The position numbers were made by a program, and so were the translations under genes. Below are positions 53,353 through 64,000 of a stretch of 64,000 bases of DNA, piece after piece. Every line of letters begins with the position of its first letter. Position 1 is the stretch's first letter. The notes beneath the pieces were generated by a model that saw only the letters and a list, made by a program, of their open reading frames with translations, was not told the DNA's origin and made no database searches. The stretch is from Sphagnum compactum (lineage: Eukaryota): the NCBI GenBank assembly GCA_965153455.1, contig OZ234493.1:14684213-14748212 (forward strand). The letters are read 5' to 3'.

Positions 53353-54479
53353 CATACGATAGTGTGAAACTTTTACGTTTCCAAGATTGTCATGTGGATG
53401 GGATATTTTTTAGCCATCTCCATGTGTAGACCAGTGTTGGGTGATTCTTGCATTTTGCTGAGAACCATCAATTTTAGTTCTTCTAATCACTTTAGAGAAC
53501 TATCTTCGGCCTTTATATATATATATATATATATAGAAAACTCAGATTTAAAACAATTGTCGAACTTTTCAGTTTTCAATTATTATTTTGTTGGTTGTTT
53601 CTCAAGTTCATGATTTTCAAAAAATTGATGATCATGAGTTTTCTTAGTTATTTTTCAACTTCATTATCATAATTAATTTTAAAAATGATAACAAGTATAG
53701 AATATTTTTTAAAATATAAAAGAGGAAAATAAAATAAAAATAAAAATGATTAGAATGAAAAACTCATGTTGCTCATTACGTTTTCACAAGTTCGTTTCAT
53801 TCAAATGCACTTTCAAAAAAAATTAGCATTTTTCCCAAATCTATGTTTGTTTAAATTAACTTTACCAATCTAGTAGGTGAAGTATAACTTATCCTAAACT
53901 CATGATAACAAATGACTTTTCTAAATTGTTTGATTGTAATTTACATGTTTTCAAATTTGGAAGTATCTCAAGCAAACAAAAAAAATTGTCTCAATTTGTG
54001 ACCCTACAATGCCAAAGATTTGTCAAGTTAGAAAAGGAAGAATAAAAAACATTGACTCATGTTTCCTTCATCATTACAATGGACACCTAATGTCCTTCAC
54101 GTCCATTTCGTAATGTCAAAAGATTTGCAACTCCCTATTAACAAGTTTTTTGACTGGGTTGTTTATGCTAATATCATAGTATATGGGTGACTTTGGCATA
54201 AATTTTTAAAAAACAATTTGCCAATTTTTTTTAAAAAAGATTTAACCTTATTGCCAAAAATTCCAAGAATTTAGGCTGCAGGAATTTGGAACCGAACCTT
54301 AGCTTAATCAGTTGTGAACACATTAATCACAAGGAGAATAAGAGAATTTTGAAGTTGAATTACAATTTAATATCTAAATTCTTTGTATGTTGTTCCAAAA
54401 TTAAAAATTCACATGCTTAAAATAAATAAATAATTATACACTTATGTGTTGAACCCACAAGCTACTATGGTAATTATCA

Positions 54480-56600
54480 TTTTGAAGTTTAAATAAAAAT
54501 GTTCATCATTGATTTGATTTGACAAAGATTTAAATTTTGTCAGAGGTAGTGACATCTCAAAAACATAGGGAACAAAGGTTTCTTACTGTATTTTTTAACA
54601 ATAGTAACACCTTGTTCATGTCCAATGAAAGGAAAAAAAAAAACAAAGGTTCTTAAATCTAAGGTCAACATTAAAGATAACATGTTATAGGCTTTTTGCG
54701 TTTCATATTTCTTAAGGAATAAAATGAAAATTTCCAAAACAAGAAAAACTTCTTTTTTGATCTTAGTACAAGTAAGGTGAATTCAACAATAACAATGAAA
54801 TCTTCTTCCATTATACTCTTTATAGAAGGTTCATTTTTAGTTTTTTTAAATTTTAAGTTCATGGTTATGATGACATGTAAATGCATCACTAAGTAACTAA
54901 TGACCATAAGATTGGTTAAAACACAAACAGTGCGAACATGGGAGAAACAATCCATAATAATTTATGAAATATGCCAAGTTAGAAAAAATGGTTCACATGC
55001 AAAGCGACTCTCATTGTAGTTTGGCTATTGTAGCAAAAACAATTGCCTTTTCAAAATTGTAAAATCTCTTGGAACTTGATGATCTTATTGGAAAATTTAC
55101 AATTCATTTTTTAAAATTACAAATGAAAATTCATAAAATTCTTAATCTTACCTTGTTTTCACAAAAGTATAGATGAAGACCATAATTAACACATGCCTAT
55201 TCCATTTATGCTTCCTTTTATCAATGTTTTTTGGTCAAGTAAAACATTTTTGCAAATCTAAATTTAAAAAACTTATGCACACACATTTGAGGCGTTTGCA
55301 CAAGTTTTCATTGGTTCTAGCATATTAATAAATTTTGGGAAACACACCACCAAAACAACTATCTTGAAAACCATCTTCCAATTAAACTCATTGTTTCATA
55401 ATTCACAACAAATTTTAATAGTCATGACATTTAAATTGGAACCTCAATCTTTCATATATGCAATGATTTTTTCCTCAAGTTATATTGGTAATGAAGGCCA
55501 ATTAAATTTATACTATGTTTTAAATAATTCCATAATGATATGGGTCCAAACAAGGTAATATCAATTATTCCAAGACATAACCACTACTTAATTGTTGTTG
55601 TCATAGTTATTAATTAAGTTGATGTTCAAACTTTTGGATGAACTTGTACAATATTCATGATGTATTATGAAAACATTTGCAAAAACTTGAAATGAATGTA
55701 ATGAGTATGTAATACCCAAAAACACTTTTAAAATAATGTAACTAATGTTTTTCATTACTTAAAAAACTTTGAAAAAACATGAAATGATTTGAGAATGACC
55801 TTTTTATGGTGATTTTTTTGTGTACATCTAAGTTACATTATAATATGGTGTAATATCTTTTTGGGTCACAATAATTTAAACAATTTAAAAGTCAATCTAT
55901 AAATCATGATTTTAAGCATGTTTTGTAAAATATTTTATTTTACAAGATTCATTAAAAATTGAATCCTTGGGGCAAATGTTTCCTATTGATCAAATTGCAC
56001 CCATATGTTTTGGCTCCCAATTGGTTTTCAAGAACTTAATGACAAGTGAGAAAATGTCCTTTGCTCTTTCAAACATTCACAAATCAATTAAATTATCTTA
56101 GCATTGGTTACACACACTTATGTTGGTTTTTTCCATCAACTCAAACAACAGTTCTTGTGAAAAAAAAATCTTTAAAAAATAAGACCATTCCAGTACGTAA
56201 GCATGCAATTTTTGCAAACTATAAAAGAAAATGACTTTTCATTATCAAAAGGCTAAGGTCTTCGATATAAGTTTATTTTGTTACACTTCATCTTTTAAAA
56301 AAAAATTATCAAACACCAAAAAATTGATATTGAAGGGCCAAACAAATTAGCTTTTTTATGATAGGTTACCTTTCCCTATTTCCTTTCAACACATTGTTCA
56401 CATTGTTCACATCCTATTTTTTAACAATTATTGAATGGTTTGCATCCCCATGTTTTAATGCCATTTTTCCATTGGTCTTATAATAACTTATTGTATTTTT
56501 CTTTGATTATTTTCTTGAATAAACTAATCTCCATTGTTTCACCTCAAAGAGGCTTCCTATGATCATGGATCTTTGGACTTAATTTGAGAAATAAGCCTAA
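54480..56600 (-). pseudogene. Second decayed hAT transposase
   Basis: FLKKYETQKAYNMLSLML (preceding the hAT LDPRFK motif region) and KCFT*PKN...KW, similar to the 37-40 kb copy. Confidence 0.75.
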
Positions 56601-59044
56601 GTTTCCCCATGATGTCACATGATTTGTTATTTAACATTTTATTTTAATATTTTCTTTAAGTTTTTAGATTGTGGTGTGTTCTGAAAATGAGAGAAAGGTG
56701 GAAGTTGGATTCTACTTCCATGTTTGTCTAGTGGTGCACGTGGACACTTAATCCATCTATGTTAGTTTGTAGAATGTTAATTTGCAATAGATGTAGTGAA
56801 CTTGTCATCCTTTTTCTTACCACATGATTTTATCCTTTATTTTACAATAGTTAGCCAAACTTTGTATATACATGTTGAATGAGAAATTGTTTGACCCATC
56901 CTTCTTGTTCAAAATTGACCCAATAAATAATCAAACCTTTCTAGAGTGGAGAAGCTCAGCCTGACACCTTTGAATCCATGTGACCTTGCAACCACAATAT
57001 CACTTTCAAGAAGGTCAATTCAAGATTTTAGCTTATTTGCTTCAAATTAGCGTTCTTCCATGGCATTGAATTTTTGACTTCAAAATCCATGATCCTTCTA
57101 TTGGACAAAAAACCTTTCCCTCTATCTTCAAATGTTCTACATAAAGCTTAGAAAATAAATAATGTCATATTGGGAAGGAAGATTTTGCAAAGTTCCAGAA
57201 TACTTCCATTGTGTTCGCATATGACTATTTTGACATCACTTGCACAACACATAGTCAAGTAACACCTTCCTAAACATATGCAAAACCTTGCACTATATGA
57301 TGGCAAAGCAAGCAATGACACAATCCTACACAAGGACATATTGCAAGAGAAATGGAATCTAGCTCTTAAAGATTATAAACATGTGAAGGTAGTGTTGATG
57401 GCCCAATAGCTTCCTAAGCACATTGGCAACACCATTCAAGGACTACACATGTCACACACATTTACATAGGTCACAATGGGAGTTTGTACCCACCAACAAA
57501 ATTTAAGGAATGTTTTCATATGTAATCATAGACCTTGCTTGCAACTCTTACAACATCATTTGTTTCCAATGTCATAAGTAAAGTGCTCCAATGTAAAATC
57601 CTACATGCGTTAAAAAAAATCACCACATCTTGGCGACATATGCAATTTCAAAAACTTCATCTAACTCTATTAGAACACCAATATGCCATGTAAATGCCAT
57701 GCAAATCACTCACAAGTGCCTCACAACAATTTCACAATTCTATAAATATAAGACTTGGACATTGCTTTCATTGTGATTTTTCCTTTGAATTCCAATTTTA
57801 GTTATCTCAAGAACTTTGGAGTAATGCATCCTTTCATTGGACCTCACAACCACATTTTTGTCAAAGCAAAATCCCCACAAACGATATTTGGAAATGATAC
57901 GATAGACATGACTAGTTGAAACGTCATGTGATCCAAATGAGACAAACACCGAACATCAACATTCACAACCATCTTTCATCTTTCATACCCTACATTGAGA
58001 TCCCTTGTATGCTTTTCTGGATTCTTGATCTCGATTTCAAGGCATGGCATGACATGGCCTACTCTATATATGCCTTGCATGGAAGCATTAGAAGCTCTTG
58101 GACTTTTGAGCTTTTCTTTGGAACTTGTGGGGGGGGGGGGAGGCTGGACCTGCACAAGTTACTCCAGAATTATATCCATTTCTTAACCTTCAAGGAAGTA
58201 TAGATATGAAAGTATACATTTGAACTCAGGAGTTGTAAATTGATCCACTAAGCCCTCCTTTCTTCTGAAATTCCGGGTGCATTTGCATAGATTGTGTTCT
58301 TTGCTCACCATTTTGGTTGTACCCTTTTGGCATGGTCTTGTTGTTGCCTCTGATTTGCTTGTTGGGTTTCAGAAAACTGGATTTCAAGTAGAGATTCAAA
58401 TTTGAGCTCCACTGACTGACAGGAGCCCTAGTATCTGACAAATAGCAACGGTTATTTGAATCACTTGATGGAGATTTCCCTTGGGGGGGTTGGGTTCTCT
58501 GCCCAAAATAAAACATTGGGGTACCACTGCACAGAATGTGCCTTTAGATTCAACATATGCTATTTTGAGGAAGTATTTGTTGGTACTACACCCAAACATA
58601 TTTACTAACTGCATAGGTACCTACACTCTTAGGAAGGGGTATTTGCTCAAAATTTTACTTACCCTTGTACATAACTTACATAGCTCCTCAACCAAAGGAA
58701 AGGGCTACATAATTTTATTTTATTTTTTGGGGAATATCCATAGTGTGCGTGGTTTTTTAAAAATAATGAAGGACCAATCAAAGAGGTCCATTATTGAAAA
58801 AATCAAAATTACTTTCGGTGTGCCCACCACAAATATTGAAAAGAATTAAGTTCATGTTCTCTTTTTCTCAACTGGTTTGTGTGAATGGGTCAAAGAGGAA
58901 CAGCTGAGTGTCACTTTAGTTGTTCAATGGGCAGTAAATAATGCACACAATGGGTACTAGTTGTACATTCTTGCAAAGCTATCTTCAAGGAACTTACAAC
59001 ACACTAATAGAATTCCCGCATTACAAAATTGCTTAGATTTTTAA

Positions 59045-59233
59045 TTATTTTTTTCCTTTGAAGCACAACAGCAGACCCAACCTGAGAAGCTGTTGGCACC
59101 CCCCAAGTCAAGCTCATTGGCCGAGTGCAGGCATGAGTTTCACCTTGCACTCTACTGGGTTTCAACTCAGGACTGTTTTTTGGAGGTCTCAGGGTCTCAA
59201 AATGGGCTATACCAGTGAGCCAACACCCTTGGG
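59045..59233 (-). mobile_element. Near full-length tRNA-derived SINE (~190 bp)
   Basis: A box TGGCTCACTGG, degenerate B box AGTTGAAACCC, unique body, A-rich tail and a possible degenerate TSD AAAATCTACGAATTT / AAAATCTAAGCAATTT. Confidence 0.75.
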
Positions 59234-60590
59234 GTAAATTCGTAGATTTTGATGAGCAAAACACTTGCATGGTTGGTTATTTGATAAAGACAAGTGTACT
59301 AGTCAAGACTTCGCAGAGTGACATATCCGGGATTCATTGCAATCTTGGTTGATTCTTAACTTTTACGAAGAACCTCCAGTTTTGGTTCTTTGATTTTGTT
59401 AATACTGTCTGGTTATGATGTTTCCAGAAAATTTCAAAAAACCATCAGGTTTTATGAAAGAACCTGCAAAGAACTGGTGGATTAGAATTCAGGGTAAGTT
59501 CTTGGATCAGTTCCCTGAATTTTTGAGATTCATGGTTAGCTCATAACTGATTCTTTGATTTTAGAGAACCTTTGGTCAAGGGTTCATATACCCAACCCTT
59601 ATCCACAAGTTCTTTTTTTTGGGAAAGAGAATTGCAAAATATGAATATATCATTGTTGGTATGTTCTTGGACTTCAGCGGGTTCACGTTATAAGAGAGAT
59701 TCTAGGGTCTCCAAATTGAAGGTTTTGAGTTTTTTTGGAATTGTCATTGGAATTTAATTGGAGAATCAACTTATTTTCAAAATTGAACTGGAACTTGAAT
59801 TGTGACTATTTTTTTTTTGTGTGCAAATTTTCATTAGAAGGCTAAGGGAAATTACGGCATGCAAAAGGCATAAAGGGAAAAAGGGTTACAAAAAGTGATG
59901 GCATTGCTAAAAATAGTTGAGTTGTCAATAGCAATTGTAAACACCCCTCCATCATTAGCTAGCAAGGAGCTAGCTCCACTGTAGATGTGTGAGGATGGAG
60001 TAGCCAAACCTTTCCCTCTCATTTCTCATAATTGTTTTTGTTCTTACAGTTTCTATACCCTCTTCACTGGCTCTCCTTAATGGTTTGTTGTAGAATTTGC
60101 CATTACTGAATCATCCCCTTGATTTTGGGATTAGTAAGGAGTCAAGACTAAGGAGGGTTTTCATGGGTTTTCATAATCCAAAAGTTGAAGTTGTAAGGTT
60201 TTAGGTATATTGTTGTTGGTGACTTATGAATGTGGGATTTCTTACAAGATTTGTAGCTGGCTGTTTGTAATCCACATTTCAAAGTACTCTCACGCTTTAG
60301 CTCCAATGACCAGCCTCCATGGATTTGCAAGAGGATTCAGGAGTCGACTATTTAGAATTTAGAATTTAAACTTGGGAGCTTGGAAGTTGCATGATTCCTT
60401 GTGGTTAGTTTCTATTCACCATTGAGGTGTGATAAAAAACCTTAAAGCTTAAACCTTATATTACAACCTACTTATAGATGAGGGAAACCTTCTTCATTTT
60501 TCTTGTATTTTTTTTTACATTATTTTGAATCTTTGAACTCATTGTTGAAGCTTTTTAAGTTCTTGGGACCTAGCATCTACTATTTTTGTT

Positions 60591-61015
60591 TTCTTCACAT
60601 CATTATGTGTTTCTATTCCTTGCTTGGCCCTTAGTGCATCACCTTGTGTTTATGTTCTTTACTTGGCCCTTAGCGCATTGTCGTGTGTTTTTCTTCCTTG
60701 CTTGGCCTAGATGCATCATTGTCTGTATTTGTTCCTTGTTTGGCTTGAGTGCATTGTTGGGTGTTTCTATTCCTTGTTCGGCCTGAGTGCATTATCGAGT
60801 GTTTTTGTTCCTTGTTCAAATTTAGTGCATTACCTTGTGTTTTTGTTCCTTGTTCAACTTGAATGCATTGTTGGGTGTTTTTGTTTCTTGTTTGACTTTA
60901 GTGCATTGCCTTATGTTTCTATTATTTGTTTGGCTTGAGTGCATTGCCGGGTGTTTCTATTGCTTATTCAACTTCAGTGCATTACCCTATGTTTTTGTTC
61001 CATGTTCAACCTTTA
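60591..61015 (+). repeat. Tandem array of ~11 units of 38 bp
   Basis: The (G/A)(T/C)GCAT anchor recurs at 60634, 60673, 60711, 60749, 60787, 60825, 60863, 60901, 60939 and 60977. Confidence 0.92.
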
Positions 61016-61199
61016 GCCTTCATGTTTAAGTTGCCATTGAAATTGTAGCCCCCTAAGAACTTCAAGTATAAGTACTTGTTTGGTGACAAAATCTCGAAAG
61101 GGGATGATGTTTTTGGTAGCCATTTTATAAATCATGATGATGTTTTTCTTTTTGTTCATTTGCTGTGGAAATTGATGTGGAACCTAACTGTGAACTTGT

Positions 61200-62230
61200 G
61201 GATCGAATTTTGGCACAAGAGAATAATATTGCATTGACCAAAAAAAAAAAAAAACCTATGAATTGAACAAGCACTTTTAGGATACTTGGGCAATCAAGCT
61301 TCCTTGAGCAAAATTTGTTGTAGGTTCCAATGGCAAAGTTGTTTAGATTTGGTACAAAGTATATAGCCTAATTGAAAGCAAAGACAAGCTTATAGTTACC
61401 AAGCTTGATTCACTTTGGAAACATGTGGGTCATTCTAAAGTTTTGGTAGCTATGCCAGGGGTAAAGGTGGGGTAACATTACTTTTTGAAATCCAATGCCC
61501 ATGTTGCTAATGAAAAGCTCTGTGGGGTCTAACCATGCTATAAAAAATCACACTTGCCCCCCTTAGATCATTGCTTCTTCATTGTATTTTTTAAAAAATT
61601 CTTAAAATATGTTTAATATGTCTTTTTAAAAAATTAAATTAAAAAAATCTTGATATTATTATGCTAAGGTTTATTTTTTAAAAATATCAAAATATGTTAT
61701 ACATATATTTTTCAAATTGAGTTTTTAGTATTAAAACTACTTTTAAACAATGGCTCCATGTATTTAAAAGTGTAAATTGGATTTTTTTATTCATTAGATT
61801 GATTCCAAATTTCTATGACATGTACATAATGTATTCACAATAACATTTTATAAAAATACATATTTTTATATATTTATTTTTTACAATCCAAAGTTCAAAA
61901 AATTAACTAGTGGTCATGATTGCTAATGGTACATGTTATTACGACTACACCCTTTGATACTAATCTAATGACCAATGAATATTTGAAGTTGGCTAAAATT
62001 ACATTGGTGTCAATGCTTGGATTTGTACAGGATGAATGAACTTTTTCCATGTTTGCATTTATGAAAGATAAATTGTGCAATAGGTTGGTTTACATTTGCA
62101 CACAATTGTTCACATGTTTGCACAAGAGTTTTATATTCAAGATAACTTTCCTTATCAAGAGGCTATTACAAGTTGGAAGGATTAGAAAGTCCAGATTGAA
62201 GCTATCACTTTAGCAGGTTTTGTTTTTTTC
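61200..62230 (+). pseudogene. Internally deleted hAT-family transposase: N-terminal zinc-finger-like part (~61200-61520) and C-terminal dimerisation part (~61960-62210), separated by unrelated AT-rich DNA
   Basis: WAIKLP*AKFVVG...KLDSLWKHVGH...HVANEKL and EYLKLAKITLVSMLGFVQDE*TFSMFAFMKDKLCNRL (hATC SxxxERxFS...KxKLRNRL pattern). Confidence 0.8.
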
Positions 62231-64000
62231 ACAACACAAGATTCAAATGTTCTTGTTTTCATGATTTGGAAAAGTTTGGTGATTGTGTTTGGTTTTTTAT
62301 AAGGTTATGAGGTTTACTAACATTTTGGTGTGATGGTGTGATTTTGAGTTGCATTGGATGAAGTTTGATATTAAACTAGGGTTCAATTTACCTTCAAAAT
62401 ATGTTTGTGTTTAGTCTTTAAGTTTGAAGTTCTATAACAGTGTAACTTTCTATCTTTGTTTCTCACTATCCACATTCTACACTACTTTTTTTGGTGGATT
62501 CTAGTAAGAATTTAAATAATTTGTGGGTGGCATTTCAATTTATTTCTAAAAAAAGTGAATAGCCACTTTGGGCTATTTTGAAATATCCATGTTTATCAAA
62601 AGTTAATTCAACAAATGATCGAGAAGCCACCTAACCCTTTGTCAAAATTACATAATATGCCAATTAGGCATATTAGAGAGTAGTCCTATTGCCATTTGCG
62701 CACATTTTATTTTTTATTAAAAAAATCTTGAATTGAGGGTGTCATCCCATTTAAAGGAGGTTCAATGTTTTTAAGGATGATATTATATAAAAAAGTACAA
62801 GTTTGACCTTACTTGTTAGGTAAGTTATTGCATTTGATTGGTTGTACATAATTAATATTATATAATCTTTATTTTGAATTTTGTATATAAGTTGAAAAAC
62901 TTAATATTACACAATTGTTTTATTTTAGATATGTGTAAGGAGGAGAGAACCTCACCTTGTCTTAAATCAAACCAATTTTAAATTCTTTGTGAAAATGATA
63001 AAAACCAGAGGTTTTAAAAATTTATCTCAGAAAATCAATCTCAAGACTAGACCAGAGGTTCCATATAAACATTAAAAGAAAAACAAAGGTAGAACCGAGA
63101 CCAAAGGTTCCTTTTGAAATCAAGAACTGGACAACACTGAAATATAATCACTTGTTGCATGGATACCTAGACTCATACCCAATTGATAAGAAGATACAAT
63201 GGGTACACTAGTCACTATGACTATCATCTAACATTCAACCATCCATTAATGATCACATGGCATTACTTCATTTTGGTTTCCTCCATGTAGATTCTATCGC
63301 AGATTCAACAATTACTAGACCATTCTGCAAAGCAAGAGTGTGATAAACAGTTTTGCTGAAACATTGAGAAGTTTCAAATAATAATTTCTCAAATACAAAT
63401 TGGGTATTATAGTCAACTTGGCAAAATCTACAAATCTGACACAAAAAAAATTAAAAAAAAACTCTAGAAGCAATGTGCATCATATAGTCAGCAAAGCTCT
63501 GCTTTCTTGATAAGAGTATCAAAATTTGTAAAAGACTTTGGGGTCATGCACAATCATATTGAAACCCTTTCGAGTGGCCCGAGTGAACCAGCACCCACCA
63601 ATGCACTGTGAAGGATGACTGGTACCATAGTACGTAGCCTGGTTAGGCACTAATTAATTTGTTTTGGAATTGTCAAAAATGCTGAAAAATACTTGCCTGC
63701 CATGTCAAAAGGTATCTGAAAGAAACTCTCCAGAACACTAGCTTCATTATTAATGTAAATGACAAAATAATATTAATATAATTCAGCATCTCGCTGCCAA
63801 ACCAGGCTAGGTATTCCACAATAAGTCAGGAAACAAATTCTCTTGGGTTCCAGGTAACCGTAGTGGTTAGCTACGTTTCTTTCGCTAGTACCTACTTACT
63901 TGTTAAAAGATGGATAGCAAAATCAGTCCGTAGGGTAGATCGACCCATTGTTGATTGTGTGCCTATGATCGAACACTTTGGCAAATCTTTCTCAATTCTT

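Noticed and set aside
60591..61015. 38-bp array as a CRISPR array
   Set aside because: There are no unique spacers (the variable part is only ~7 nt), no cas genes, and the context is eukaryotic
53432..63139. CAGTGTTG...CAACACTG as the two TIRs of one 9.7-kb hAT
   Set aside because: The 8-bp flanks (GTGTAGAC vs AAATATAA) do not match, and similar ends recur as separate short repeats

Overview
Eukaryotic nuclear DNA, AT-rich and strongly CpG-depleted outside a few islands. It is probably a land plant; the repeat complement reminds me of bryophytes such as Sphagnum, but this is inference only. The only convincing live gene is at the left edge: the 5' part of a spliced minus-strand gene (coding exons 628-397 and 272-28, continuing out of the window). 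It encodes a His/Lys-rich, Ser/Pro-rich, then coiled-coil protein and has a CpG-rich promoter/first exon near 1.4-2.3 kb. The other ~61 kb is a transposon graveyard that can be partly reconstructed. It holds a 5'-truncated CRE-like (RLE-type) non-LTR retrotransposon; four CACTA elements delimited by TIRs and 3-bp TSDs, three of which interrupt one decayed ORF; a young 372-bp Helitron inside one CACTA; three decayed hAT transposases, one split by a solo LTR; a tRNA-derived SINE family; several MITEs; and 13-, 30- and 38-bp tandem arrays. I found no rRNA, functional tRNA or CRISPR array, and most entries in the ORF track are spurious or pseudogene fragments. I did not find an intact novel system; the best leads are listed as findings.
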